NCBI GenBank assembly: GCA_026026165.1
Contig: JAPEUD010000032.1
Location: forward strand, 186,001-238,964
DNA from: Sarea resinae
Taxonomy: Eukaryota
Direction: 5' to 3'
Length of the DNA stretch: 52,964 nt
Shown: positions 12,039 to 26,533 of the stretch, piece after piece
Layout of the letters: every line of letters starts with the position of its first letter
Position numbering within the stretch: the first letter of the stretch is position 1
Notes under the pieces: generated by a model
Told to the model about the DNA's origin: nothing
What the model saw: the letters and a program-made list of their open reading frames with translations, nothing else
Database searches by the model: none
Translations under genes and position numbers: made by a program

Positions 12039-15000
12039 GATGATTGATGCAGAAGAGTTCAGACGACTGGTCTGGGGGACCAAAATAACCCCATCACCTT
12101 TCTTATACAGATCGTGGAGACAAGGTACGCTAATGGAAGCAGTGAGCAGCAATAAGCCACGAGGGACTCAGACAACAAGCTAAAGCACTCCCACGCATTT
12201 TTATCTGCATTATCGTGATACCGTCATTAAGCATTAAGCATTAAGGTCTGTTAGTTCGCCGACCATACGTTCCTGGTAGTTACACGGCATGGACGACAGC
12301 TGAAGGACTCTTGGCTTTGATTGCTGTCTCTGGATTCTTCTGATTACTCGATCGACGATCACTTGAACCATCCACGATCAAAGATCCATGATCCGCAATC
12401 CGGGACCCCCATACGAAGATAGGAGTTCAGCTCGGCTTGTTCTCGTCGCTGGGACTTCCATCTTGCACATTTGACTGGATTCTGGGATGCCAGAGTCGAC
12501 GTAGTACCGGGAGGCTCTCCCATGGCATTGGGTTTGAGAGACTAGCTTGTATGACCGTCTCTTCCCAATCGGTATATCGTGTGTGGTAGTGTGTCACGGA
12601 CTTGACCATAGTAGATACGGTAGAAGTCCGATGATCCCAAGAAGCATCGGTTCCATCAAACAAGGTTAGCAGTGGCGGACGGGCGCATTCGGGCGGTACC
12701 GGGCCGTCTGAAGAAAGTAGGAACCCTCGTTCAGATCTCTTGTGAGAGCAAAACCACGTTTTAGTGGATGAAGCTGTGTATCGGCAATCTGGTTCGTGCC
12801 ACCCGACTACAACCCTGTCAGATAGCCGCAGCGTTTCACGAAGTTAACTCTTTTCAGGGCGTAGATGGTGTCATCACAATACGAGAGGTAATATTGTTTA
12901 CTCCGTGTAATTTCACCCTGGTTTTGTCCTCTGGGCGGTATCTATATTGTCTTGTCTTATCCACAATTCCGTGCAAGCCTGAATTCAACCGTGGAGACTA
13001 ACGCGGTTGCTTGCATTGAAAATCACTTACCTAACTCATGGCGTCACCACTGCATGATACCCTTACCTTGCCTCCTGTCCGCAACGCTCTCAACCTTTTG
13101 GAGAACGCCATTCTGTTGAATTGCCCAGCCTCAGCCAAGACCGATAGCTTTCGATAGCGGAGGCATCTAGAGCACTCAAGATGGTGAGTAGACTTCATCC
13201 AGCACCAGTGCGCCCAAAATTCACATAACGGATTACAGTGTGGCGTATTGATCCGGCAAGGCTAAAGATGACTTGCAGTAGTCTGGGATCCCTATCCAGG
13301 GATATCTGACCTTGGTCACGCTCGAAATTACACCGCAAATAGAAATGCGACCACTTCGAAGCAGCCAGACAGGGATCTCCGGACGGACACTCATATCATA
13401 ACAGCGCTTGAGGTTGAAATAGATTGGAAACGTCTTGAATACGTTCTGGGTAATCGCATCTCCGGTTCTGTTTCGTACTGTCGATCATTCTGGTGTCTCG
13501 GCCAACCAGCAAGATTAGGGATCAAAGGTCCACTCGCAGTGCTTTGCTTTCCATACTGGAAACTTCAATCGATAACTAGCGCCACCCGCAACGCCTGCTT
13601 CGCCCTCCTGCAAGCCCTTTCGGTCGGCCAGGTTCCTCTGACGACCGTTCCCTAATTTGTGCGGACTGGGCGTATGCTTGAGAGACCTTTAGTATTGGAG
13701 ACACACTTCGTTTTCTTCTATCAAATCATACTTTGCGCAGACGTTGGATATCCTTGTCGAACATATTTCAAACTCCCGAAAGTAGTGGCCTGGGTGGGGC
13801 ACCCAGGGTCATATAGGTAACGATACATATAGCTGATCAGGCGTCGTTCAATACGTCAAGTTCTCGTCCTCGAAGTCGTACAGACCAATACTCGGAGCTC
13901 TTGGAGATTCGTAGAAAGATTTGAGATAACGACTTGAGGCTCAATTACAAAAAGTCCACTCACATCAGCCTCGACACTTGGAACGATGGCAGCCCTACCC
14001 ATAGATCCATGTGGTGCGACACTAGAAGATAGCGATACGGCCGCTCATAATGACTCTGCTGATCGGAAGTTCATTTTAAGCTCGGACCTTGTATTATTGA
14101 GCGGAAGAGAGGGCGTCCCAATCCAGTTGCTGTAGGCAGATTCGTGAGATGAAGCGTACATTGTCCTCTGTGTCCATCTATGATCCATCCATCTATGACC
14201 CATCCATACGCGGAGCACGATGATTAGATATCCAAGGATAAATTCTGTACGGTACCTAGGTACCTACATACAGAAGGTAAGGTACACATGGATGTCGCAT
14301 TGATCGATCCAGCCTGATCATGTGACTATGCCGAATAAGGCAATTCGGACCCCGGCTGTTTTACCGTTTCTTCCCTCACTGCAATTGACAGTTTTCTCCT
14401 ATCCTACGCAGCAGAAATACGCGTTCAAATGCCTCATCTCTAGCTATATAAGGAGCACTATATTCTAGCTATCTCATGGATGTGGGTGTAATCGCTCTCA
14501 CCATCTTACAGCAGACTAGGACCCATCAAATCATACCTAAGGTACCATCGTACCCTCTTTCGCACCCCACCAAAATTCCTGAGCTTTATACAGACAGACT
14601 CATAGCCACCTCAGTTTCATCATCGTCGTCTTGAAATCTAGACAGGTTCAGCCCATCTGAAAACTAACCCTTTTCAACTCAAAGCCACACCATGGAAAAC
14701 CCATCGGCCCACCCCAAAATGCATTGTCGATTCAGTGGAATCGACAGGAACTCGACACGCGATCTCTTCGGACCGGATAGCTTCTATTAGCGTACAGCGT
14801 ACAGCGTACAGTAAGTAGGTTGCAGTCGAGCTTCCATTTGCTTAGGTCCGGTGAAAGGGACGGGAAGACAAGATTAGAAGTTGGCGGTAGTCATGAACCT
14901 AGTAGTTATCAATATCCTCAATGACCTGCCACTCATCATTCACTCCCTCTTCGATGCATGTGACATTTCGCGCACCATCTCGATTTGCGCGCGCAGCATT

Positions 15001-15243
15001 AACACTCACATTACCTCACCTTACCTTGCATTGACTGTCGAGTTGTTTGCTATCAATTCATCTGTTTGAAGTGTCTACCACCTACTTTGTCTTGACACAC
15101 GCAACTTCCTTGTCCTTCTCTCACTTTACTTGCCAACCCTGAGCCTGACGTCTACCATCGCGCTGTCAATTGTCATACTTATCGGAACCACCTTTATCCT
15201 TTCTACACTCTTTTCCATCATCCTTGATGAGAAAATCGTTCCG

Positions 15244-18200
15244 ATGGACTCACCCTCTGCTTCTTCCTCTACTCTGATAGAGTCACTCGTCAACCATGTC
15301 GCCCTACCTCCTCGTCTACCTGGCAAACAGGACAACAGAATCGAGCAGATTGAGCAAGCACTGACAGCTCGCCTGCTGGATGCTAGCCGTATCTTGAGAG
15401 ACCTCACAGATGATAGCCACCGTGATCAGTGGGACCGCCTTCGCCGGATACTCGAGACCTGTAAGATCTTAAACGCCGGTGGCAAACTCAGCAAGAGCTC
15501 TCTTTTGAAGGAGTTGCAGAACCTGGAGCATAATGATTACCTCATCTTACACGTCTCCGAACAAAACGCCGGTCTCCTCATAAGACGGCAGAATGAGTGA
15601 GCATCATTTCCTGTATATGAGTGCACCTGACTGATAGATTGCTCCCCACTCAGTGAACAAGGCAAAAATGTCATTTTTGAGGCATTCGAGGCATCTCCAC
15701 GCTCCGAAAAAGTCCTTGGCTCCGGAAATACTTTACAATGGGGCTTTCCAGGATGCGCTGTTGCCATTTCATTTGCAGACTTCAGCGACCCATCTTTTCA
15801 GGACAACCTTGTCGACTTTCTTGACCAGGCGAGCTCTGAATCAATCAAGCGATTCGCGGCGCGCACGGACAAGGCGGGATCATCTGCATTCGAAAGTCGT
15901 GACACGGTTGAGCCTACGCTAATTACGCAGATACTAATGACACTACTGGAAGCAAATGGGCATCGTACCTTTCCTCCAATACTACGCAAGCGCATTCGAG
16001 ACGATGTTTGCTGGACCGATGGAGCAGAGAAGCCGTGGCGGAGATGCCCATACTGGCTAGTTCTACGTGTCGGACTTCAGAGACAGATACAGCTTGGCGG
16101 TGAAGCAGGCAGAGCACGCTACAAGTTTCTCATATGTCTTTTCATTGCTCGTCTGCTAGACGACGCGCTACACCTTCCTCCAGACTTGATAGTCTTCCTG
16201 AAAGCGAAACTCTGTCGCCGCCTCTCAAAGCTGGAAGTCGACCGAGACAGAGCGCCGCATCATGTTCGAACTGTTTACACACTTCTGTTCACAAAATTGG
16301 GGCCGATTTTCAACAAATCTACTGAAACCGCCATACAGAGTGTTGAAGCAGCCTGGACCAATCTGAAGAGAATGATTCGAAGGCCAGTCACCCTTCTTCC
16401 ACGTCGAGCTGATCAGCGGGATCTGTATCTGTCGCTCCCGAACAGTGGATTATATCTGGAGCGAGTCCTAGCAGAGCCTCTATTAGGAATCAGACACCCC
16501 GTCCCTTACCGACTGCCCGCAAGAAATGATATTTCAGCCCCAGCTAGAAGCAATCTCCGAGCTTTCGCCTCTCTGTACTTCTCACTCTTCGAACTGGAAA
16601 CAAAAATCAAGAGGAGTCATGCGGATATTTTTGTTTTTACCGAGCCCAATATCCAAAGCCAGTGCATAGAGCTGGCAAGAGGAATCGACACATACTTGAG
16701 TACAGTAGCAGGAGCTTATGATGCCAACCCGGAGCAGAAGAGTCTTATGCTGCTGACAGCTATGGAATCTTGGATGTTAATGGACCAACTTGCCACGAGA
16801 ATCTATAGTCTATTAACCAGATTCAACCCTGGCTTTCCACCCGAGATTTTGGACGTTCTGCAACTCTCATCTTTCCAAGATATGGTGCGTCTGCAGAAGA
16901 TTCAAAATTACCTTCGAGACCGTCATATCACAAGTCAACACTCAGGAATGACTGTCTTTGACGATCCCACCAAAGGATGCTTTGCAGAGCTGTCTTTCGA
17001 TAACCTTGAAGCGCTGCAGATACTCCATCAACGGATCGAGACCGCGGCCGAAGTGGCGCGCACTCAAAAAGAGAAAGAATGGCAAAAGCTGAGCCAGGAA
17101 TACGAGGACATGATCAAAACTGTCGCCGAGAGCACTTGTTTGTTCACAACCGATGAGAATTGGCCTTATGCCAAAGTTCATGATGACCGCCAGTGTACTA
17201 AGTGCTTCCTTGAGCGAAAATCTCGGCGCATCAAAATCCGAATCCACGAACATCCTCTGCCATCTAACCTGGTCCAGGCAAAAGCGGTGGTATTTGAATT
17301 GTATTGTCCAAAAGCCTTTTCAGCATATCGCGATGCCACTTGGAGGCTTCTAGGCACGTTGGCACGACCGAAGGGAATCAACTATTCTGAGCCGCGGGTG
17401 CTTCTCCAGGGATACTCCGAACTAAATGCATTCCGAAACTCAAATACTTTCAGCCTCTCCCTCGCATCTACGACCAAATCATTTCTCGACTCTCATTATG
17501 CAAACGTTCGATTTCCCGTCAGTTTGGAGGACGTTTGCCTACCCAATGGACTGAAGTATGGATACTTTGACAAGCTGACCAAAGTGTGGCCTGCACGGCA
17601 AACACAAAAGCCGACATTTGCGCATCATTGCCGCATGAACATCCCCAAGACCTCACCGTTTTCGTCCCTGGCGCCCTCACTCGACCTTGCCGTTGACGCG
17701 GATGGACCGTCTTCTTATGAAATCATCGCTAGTCAAACCAGATGCCCACCCGGACTGAACGTCCACGAGTTCATGGCTTACCAGGGTCTATTTTCGGGGA
17801 AGAATCGCCGATGGCCATCAATACTGATGGAATTAGGGTCATCAAACTTGAACTTCGGTACCGAAGCAACCGCTCTACTGATCTCCCAACTGGCATTACA
17901 AGTTGGTCCAGCGTGCGGAGCAGATCCTCTTCGCTCTGTGCACAGTATATTTCGGGACGTTCCGTTTTGTGAGAGATTGCTTGACCAGCTTGGCCGACGC
18001 CTAGATGCCATATCCTCTAACTGGCGAGAAACCAATTGTATGGAGTTGCTAGTCTCCCTGATGCTCAGGCTGTGTTCCCTTGCGCCCGAGTCTTCTATCG
18101 TCAACGCAGCTGGCCAGCTCCTGCATAAGACACGAATGATTACCTATAGATGGGTCAGCCTTTTACGGGCTGAGCTACAAGGCGCCACAGATGCTGAAAC

Positions 18201-21200
18201 CTCTCAGAAGTGCTCTAGGTACGCGTTTTGGGCGTCGTTACTTTGCAGGAGGACGTTTAGTCTTCATGTTCAGCTCGAGGAAACTCTGCAACCTACAGCT
18301 CTTCGTTGCTTCCTCGAATGTTCCATCACTCTACAGGATAATCTGGTCCGTGACCCCTCGTCGCTTCCAAATTTTCTAAGGAATGCGGTTGTTCGTGATA
18401 CCAAAATGGTTTACGACCTGCGTTTCTTACTCCGGCGATCTCTGGAGGCAAGTCCCGAGACTCTGATGACCGCAATCAACATTGTGTGGCCAGGGCCTGA
18501 AGGGAGTCAGTCAAGATCGTCTCTTGAATTGACATTTCTTCCTTGCCCAAATGAATGGTGGATCCAATCTATTGTTGACGAGACACAGCAAAATACACAG
18601 CAGATCTTACATTATCATCTGCTCCAGGGGACTTTGCTTGTCGACGGAAAGCCTTTAGGCAAGCTGCCAGCAGAGTATAGAACATCGGTGATTTTGACCG
18701 AGCTCTTTGGCGAGCAGAGCCTGCTTACATTCCCGTCCGGACACCGTGGTATGAGTTATACATTAGCCATCCGCATGTACGGGCATCAAATCCATCTTGG
18801 ATTTCGCAACGACAGACTTGTTATAAGGGCATGCGTGCGCGACAAGGTGCTGGAGCTTATCCCTCGCGAAGTATTCTTCAACACAACCACTTTTGACCTG
18901 CCAGCTTCACTCGTTGATGAGTGTGTTCACTGGCTTGACCTCAAGACCGGAATCATGGAGATTCGAAAGAAGTCAAATATATGGAAATCCGTCGCCAGTA
19001 ATTGGTTTGTCAATGTCCGCACTCGTCAAGCACATCGTCGCACGGTCTCCTTAATTGACACCCAGAGTCCTCTCTTCCAAAAGATTGCGCGCCTCTTTGA
19101 TCGATTTGAGTACCGACAATACTTGACTATATTCCAACCAGACAAGAGAAGTCTATCAGTCGAACTGCGCCGATTGGAACTTACGTTCACGGTGAATAGA
19201 AAGGGTCTTCTCGAATCCCCGCAATTACAATCAGAAGTTGATCCTAACCAAGATGCGGGAACCTGGTATGGCCTTAACAGTAAGCTCGTCCTGCGAGAGG
19301 TGGAAAATGCAAGCCGCCGCAGCATCATAGTGCCTCTAGGAAACGTCCTTTACAAGAGAAATAGCTTTCACGTGGAAACAGCGGTCACGAACGATGGCAG
19401 TTATGGCAGATTTATTATCAATGACACCCTAGGGAGACTCGAATGCGCCACCGAGCCACGTCTGCTTTACTTCAAAGCCCGGCTCCATGCATATACTTCT
19501 TTCGTTCTACCGGATCCTCTCACTGGGCGCACGGGAACCGAGGAGAGTTTGCATTGTCTACAATCAGGCTACTGCCAGCCGTGGGCACCATTGAATCCTG
19601 CTTTACATCAAAGCCTGATGGCAATCGCCAATCTCACCCCAAAGAGATATTATTATCCAGAAAATCTGAAGGTCATGCAAAAGGTCCTATGGGACAAAGA
19701 TCTAACAACTACAATACAGCATGATGGATATAGGTCGGCAATTGAAAACATTTATAAGAAGTCCGAGCAATTATCAATATTCGCTCTCCAAAAGGCCGAG
19801 CTTCCCTCACTACAGCCGGCCGGTGACCTACATTTGACTTGCCGCAATTATTCACGACACTGCTTGTACGAGCGACCAAATCCGAGTTTCGATCATCATC
19901 AAGAGTTCGGTCTAACTTATGATTCTCGAGACTGTTTCAAGGATAACCAGCTCTATAAGAACGTCCACGAAAGTACTCTCTTAATTCGTAATTGGTCGTC
20001 TCAACTATCAACTAGCTCTGATTTGGCTGGTATTCTTCAAAACTGGACAATAATTGGCGGCTATGATCGGTCTTTTGACAAAATTCTACTGAGCGATCGA
20101 CTCACTGTTCAGATTCCCCTTGAGTGGGGTTCACTAGTCAACCTTTGCCGTCAAGTAAAACCGAAGGACAAGTTTCGCCTCATGTTTCTATTTGCGGTTG
20201 TCTCAGCGAGCACGGATATTGACATGGTCATTGTAAGGACATTGATTGGCTTTGCCATCTTCGAGGATCTCAAGCCACTGATTCTCCCGAAGTGGCCATC
20301 TTATAAGCAATTTAAGATGAATCAGATTCCACATATTAATTATCTTCTTCAATTGATGAAGGCTTGCTGCCTCCCGTTTGCTGAAGAGTGGAACACTCTC
20401 GGACTCAACATCGGCCCGAAACAGCGCAGGAAGATTGAGATGGCCAAACTAGCGCATGAGGAGCAGACACAGAGTGATTGCAAAGAGCTTGCAAGATTTC
20501 TGTTGGAGCAATGGCCCTGCCAGGAACCAAAGATCGAAGGTTTCTCTAGGCCTGTGCTTTTGAATATTCAGCTGGCTTTGGACGTTATTCGTCCCGAATG
20601 GGAACGTTTGTTCTACAACATAGAGCTTTCACGACACATTCAGCAGGTGCAGCTCGTCTTGGATCGTCATTGTACAGAGATCAAGGAAGAGCCAGACATT
20701 TCTAAGATTCCAAGAAGCGAAGAGGAGCTTGCAGCCCGAATTCGCGGAGGAGAACTTGCGTCGCTTTCTCGGGACCTCTTAAGTAAGGCTTGCCCTGAAT
20801 TCGTCATCGAGTCCGAGATCAAGTTTGGTGACGATAAGATTCCAATTACGAGCCAGGGCTTCACCAGTCCTCTTGCTAAGCTTCCGAATGGACTCATGCC
20901 TCGTCGTTTGCACGAAAGCACGCCAAGGATGCCGGTCGAGGCTACGACTTCTTCAGCATATCCTGAGCTAGACGAACTCAAGAGTATCATACGCACCATG
21001 TCAGAGTCTCGTTCAACTGTCCGGCAGCAGTACGGGTGCGACCTCATGCAGAGCTTGACTGCGTTGGAGTCACTGAAGAGCAAACCAAAGGAAAATGTAA
21101 CTACAATTGATCGAGAAGCGTTATCGGCAGAAATCGCCAAGGCTCGAGAAATGCTTAGACTCCATTTTAATCAGCTTCGCCTGGCATTTGAACGGAATGA

Positions 21201-24200
21201 CTCTCGTGCTCAGTGGCTCCAGAAAGGGGGTTTATGGCCCTCGATAACGCCAATAACGCTGCTAGAGCAGTTGCGATCGACTTCAGACACCATTTATGGA
21301 GAGCGCATGAAGGAAAACTTGATATCATATGCGTTATCTATTACAACTCTTCAACGTCTTCTGAGAATCGAGAATGCCTATCAGAACAACAATGGACAGA
21401 AGTTGACCGATGAACACAAGAACGCTGGTCATAGCAATTGGCAGCCGCGGAAGCATCCTGACTGGCTTCTTTTGGAGATTGACGCGAACATGTTGATTCG
21501 ACCGGAACAAGTCGATGTTGCTCTTGCAACTATCGTTCCAGACTCCGGGTCAAACTCTGTGCTGCAGATGAATATGGGACAGGGTAAGGACACAATTTTC
21601 ATTTTGCAATACCTTTTGATTCCGGGAATACCCATTCAGATGCTTGGATAGCTGATATCAATTTGTGTAGGTAAAACATCTTGCATCATGCCAATGATTG
21701 CCGCAGTACTCGCCGACACGAAGCAGCTCTTGAGAGTAGTGGTCCCTAAGCCTCTGCTACTACAAACGGCGCAGACACTTCAGTCGCGCTGCGGCGGCCT
21801 TCTCGGAAGAGAAGTAAGACATGTCCCCTTTTCGCGGAAGACGGAGACCAAGCCAGATATTATCAAGGCGTATCACCTTATACATTACGAGATCCTCAAA
21901 AGCTCAAGTGTTCTGCTCAGCCTCCCAGAGAACATCCTATCCTTCAGATTGAGCGGACTTCAGAGGTTATCAGACGCCCGCATCACAGAAGCAAAGCAGA
22001 TGATTGCTCTCCAGGACTGGATTTCACAAAAGTGTCGTGATGTTCTTGACGAGTGCGATGTCACACTTGCGGTCCGAACGCAGTTGATATATCCATCCGG
22101 AGCACAAAAGACCGTGGACGGCCATCCTCATCGTTGGGAAATTGCTGAAGCTTTACTGGGATTAGTCGAAGGTCACTTGATCAATCTACAGCACGAATAT
22201 CCTCGAAGCATTGAAGTTGTCCGAAGGACGGGAGGCGGGTTCCCATTCATCTATTTTCTCCGCGGAGACGCCGAGGATGCTTTGGTAGGGCGGTTGGTGA
22301 CCGACATCTGCAGCGGTCGGGCTTCGATTATACCGACAAGAGACTTTGCGAAGTCTGACTGCCTTGTTATCAAGAAATTCATCTCTGATGCTAAGGTCGG
22401 ACAAGAGATAATTCGGAGGGTCAGCCAGCTTTTCTTTGATAAAGCTGCTGCGACTCAAGTTCTCTACTTGCTCCGAGGCTTACTGGTGCACCGCATTCTG
22501 CTTCTGAGCCTTAAAAAGCGATGGAACGTGCAGTATGGAGTACACCCGAGGCGTGATCCGATCGCTGTCCCTTTCCATGCAAAAGGAGTGCCTTCCGAAC
22601 AAGCCGAGTGGGGTCATCCCGATGTTGCCATTCTATTCACGTGTCTCGCCTTCTACTACGAAGGTCTCAATGTCGAACATTTACGTCAGAGCCTCGGGCA
22701 CATCCTGAAATCCGACGATCCATCTAGTGAGTATGATCGGTGGACACAGAACTCGGGAAGTTCAGGTCTTCCAGACTCCTTACGGGAATGGAACGCTATT
22801 AACGTCGACGATGAAGCCCAACTAAGAGAGATCTGGCAAAACGTTCGTTATAATGTCGTGGTCATTGACTACTTCTTGAATAACTTTGTTTTCCCAAAGC
22901 ATGCGAAGCAGTTCCAAATGAAGCTGCAGGCATCGGGGTGGGACATTCCACTCATTTCTCTGGATAACAAGACGCAGAGAAACCCAAAAGGCATCGACAG
23001 AGGCAGCTCAGCCAAAACTACCGGCTTCAGTGGAACCAATGACAACAGAAAAATGCTACCTCTCACTATCGCACAGGAGGATCTTGACGGGCTCTCGCAT
23101 ACCAACGCTGAAGTGTTGACCTATTTGCTACAGACTCGAAATCGACAATATGTACTAGCTGCAGATGCACGTGGGAGACGTCTGTCTGAGCAAGACCTAC
23201 TGAGAAGACTTTGCGACATGGGAATTCGAGTACTAATCGATGCTGGCGCTCAAATCCTGGAGATGGATAATCTAAGTCTGGCCAAAGCGTGGCTTGCTGT
23301 AGATACCGAAGCCCCTGCAGCGATTCTTTTTAACACAGACAACAAGGCCATGGTCTATTATCGGCACGGTCTCCAGATACCTCTATCTGCGTCTCCTTTT
23401 GCAGAGAATATGGTCGAATGTCTCATTTATCTAGACGAGGCCCACACTCGAGGTACAGATTTGAAGATGCCAGCGCTTGCCCGAGGGGCTTTGACACTAG
23501 GTCAAGGCCAGACGAAGGATCATACAGTGCAAGGTACGTAGGTTTCCTCGAGGAAGTTGATAAACCTAACATGCGAACAGCTGCAATGAGGCTGCGTCAT
23601 TTGGCTACATCACAATCTGTCTCTTTCTTCGCCCCTCCGGAGGTTCATCAAAGCATTCTTGACCTTTGCAATAAACAGATGGGCGATACTGTTGACTCGC
23701 ATGATGTCATATGTTGGCTTTTGGAGCAAACATGTAGCGGCAACGAACAACTTCAGCCTTTGTACTACTCCCAGGGTGTCGACTTTTGTCGTCGCACACA
23801 AGCCGCGTTCAACAGTCCAGACTTCCTCGCCAATGAGAATCAACGCCGCGCATATCTTGACTCTCTGAGGCAAAACGAACAACAAACTTTAGAGCAACTC
23901 TATAAACCTCAAGTCAAAACGGCATCCACCAAGAGCTCCGGCCCCATGTCCGCGGACATCGCGGCTTATATGAAGGAACTCGATAATCGGAGGAAAGGAT
24001 TCCAGGATACTGGTAATGCTGTTCAGGGTTCGGCTCTACAGGAAGTCGAACAAGAGAGAGAGGTTGCATATGAGGTGGAAGCTATACGTGAAGTGCAAAG
24101 ACCAATCCACTATACCGCTCTATCATTTCCAGGTCTTCACCGCGATGTTGCTAGCTTTGCGAAAACCGGAAGGCTTGCAGCAGATTCCGCGGGATACGAA

Positions 24201-25069
24201 CAAGCTTTTGTCGCTCTCAGCCGTATGTCCTTGGGCCAAAAACACGGCATCCACAGTGAAGCCACTGTCTCTCTGCTTTATGTATCCACGGAATTTACAA
24301 AGACTATTCGCCTGACGCTTGGACAACCTAATGACAACTTTCAAGTAAGTGACACGTCTGTAATGTCCTTCCGGTATCATCTAAATTTGGATTGTAGCGC
24401 AATGTCAACTGGATTCTGTGGAGCCCGTTGGCGGAAACAGCAGTCGTCATAATCCCAGAAGAGGCAGAACTTATAATTCCTCTTTTACGCGGAAACAAAA
24501 CGCCCACTACTCATCTATTAACATACTCTGCTCCAGTAACACGAAAAATGCTCCATTTCAACCGACTTGACTATTACGCAATGCCAAGCACGCCTGTAGG
24601 ATGGAGAGCTCCGACGTGGCTTACAATTGAGTTGGGCATCTTTGCCGGTCGTTTGTACTTTGAGTACTTTGAATACGACGACATGCGCAGATACCTTGGA
24701 CTGCACCCCGGGGATACTGCAACGGCGTCCCTCGAGCGAATCGAATCAGAAGAGAACGCTGAAAAGGGGGTGAAGGATACCGACACGAGAGCCGGACCAG
24801 TGCGAAGCTTCACGGACAAACCTTTGACGTTCTTACATGATTGGCTTACCATTCGAAGAAAGGGGCAAGACTTTCTGCATACGCCAATGGGATACATATG
24901 TCAAGGAAAATCGTTGATAGAGAGCCACCCATTCTTCACGAGGAGTTCAAGCAGCCATGCCAAGGGTGCCAAAGCTGTCGTGAAAGCAGGGAGTGATATG
25001 GACAGATTTTCTAGCGACGAAGATTTGCCCTTGGACGTGGCTGACGATGAGACCTACTTTACTGAGTGA
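15244..25069 (+). CDS. Giant DUF6606/DUF3638/DUF3645-family P-loop (SF2-like) protein, ~3193 aa
   Basis: Exons 15244-15596, 15654-21583, 21671-23533, 23581-24344 and 24398-25069 sum to 9582 nt in frame. Motifs: N-terminal 'NHVALPPRLP', 'FEAFEASP', 'KRIRDDVCW..PWRRCPYWL', 'HPDWLLLEID', Walker A 'MNMGQGKTS' (split by intron 2), 'DVLDECD', 'KRWNVQYG..AVPF.AKGVPS..AEWGHPDV', 'GFSGTND', 'LDEAHTRGTDL', 'QAAMRLR' and 'EVEQEREV'. Confidence 0.88.
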
Positions 25070-25229
25070 GAGTACGGGACAAAGGGGCTGCAGATGTGAA
25101 GAAGTTTAGTTCTAGAGCTGAGATTCAAAGAGAAGTCAAATTTGATAACCTCTGTAATCGCTATCGAATCTACACAGTAGAAGACTAGATGTTGATCCTG
25201 ATTGCAATCTTCTAACTGCGCTATAACCT

Positions 25230-25860
25230 TGTCGCGTCAATGATTCCACCATACTGGCTTCGAGAGCGATTTCAATCACTTTGCATGACAGGATTATGCC
25301 GTCTCAGCGGAGGAGAAATCAGACGTAGTGAAGTCTCTCCACGAGCCTGCAACCCTATCGTGATTGCTGAACAAAAGTATCATCTGGTGCTTCTCTAGGT
25401 AAGCCTTTCTATAATAGGTTTACAGCATCTAAGTGTCTGATAAACACACAAATATCTTCTGTATTACCCCTTAGTTCCTGTATAGTTGTTTAGAACTACG
25501 CAAGCAGAGGAGAGGCAGAGGCAAATGCTGTAAATAAAGACAGCATCATAATAGACAGTATTTGAAGAAGCAGAGTCAGGGCTGGCAGGAAGTAGACAGG
25601 GCAGTAGCAATAAAGACGACCTCTAGAACACAGCTCAGGACAAAAGAAGAAGAAGAAGAAAGCTGGCAGACCGGGCAGCAATATATAGAAAGCCTAAACA
25701 CAAGGCATTCCTAGGGCGTATTTAGGATCGACTAGCCAACCCACGGCTTGACCCTCCAGGCTTGCACAGAAGGGGGAGGAGTTAGGACAGTATAAGGACC
25801 TTAAAAGGAAACCCCCTCCAAGGGACAACAGTGCATTTGGTTACATATTGGATTGCGACA
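25230..25860. mobile_element. Possible degenerate solo-LTR-like repeat relic
   Basis: Bounded by a 6-bp inverted repeat (TGTCGC at 25230, GCGACA ending at 25860). The segment 25400-25860 appears CpG-poor and TpA-rich. No target-site duplication was found. Confidence 0.3.
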
Positions 25861-26533
25861 GTTTAGCCAGCTAAAGGGTCATTGCTACTGATGAGCTGAC
25901 GAGGATACTAGTCTAGGTCATGAAACATAAGTGAGAGGTCTAGCAAGGTGCGCTACCTTCTGGTAAGGTGAATAGATGCTGAACCATACAGAGGCTTCGT
26001 TCCAGTGCCTTCTGATAAGGCTCGCAGTCAGCACTCTGATTTCTCATCTTAGAGCCTCTGCATTATCTCCCGCCCAGACCGGTGACTTCTTACCACTCCA
26101 ACTTTGCCTCTTATCAATTCCTCCGCCTCAGGTCCCTCATTACCACGCAGCACTTCCTTTTCTTCGTACCGCCTCTTCCTCCCATTGCTACTCTCACCTT
26201 ATTCATCTCCGCAGTCTTACTTCAACCAAGGCCTCGGACTCTTCTTCGACCTGCCAAGAACAACTCATTGACTTCGGCCCGGCTCCTGCATTTTGATCGC
26301 CTTCTGGCCTTTTCCGGTGTTCGGTTGAAGACATGCATGAAGGCTACAGCCCACTTGGCTCGATTGTCTCTTCATCAGGTGTTTAATATCGAATGACACC
26401 TCACCTCACTCTGCGTAACATCACTTGCCCAGACTTAATCAAGGCCAGACCTCTCGCAGACTGAGTCTTCAATTTGAACAGCCATAACTGGCCGTTGTCG
26501 TTGTCAAGTAAGGCTAATTATTTCTCGTTGCAG

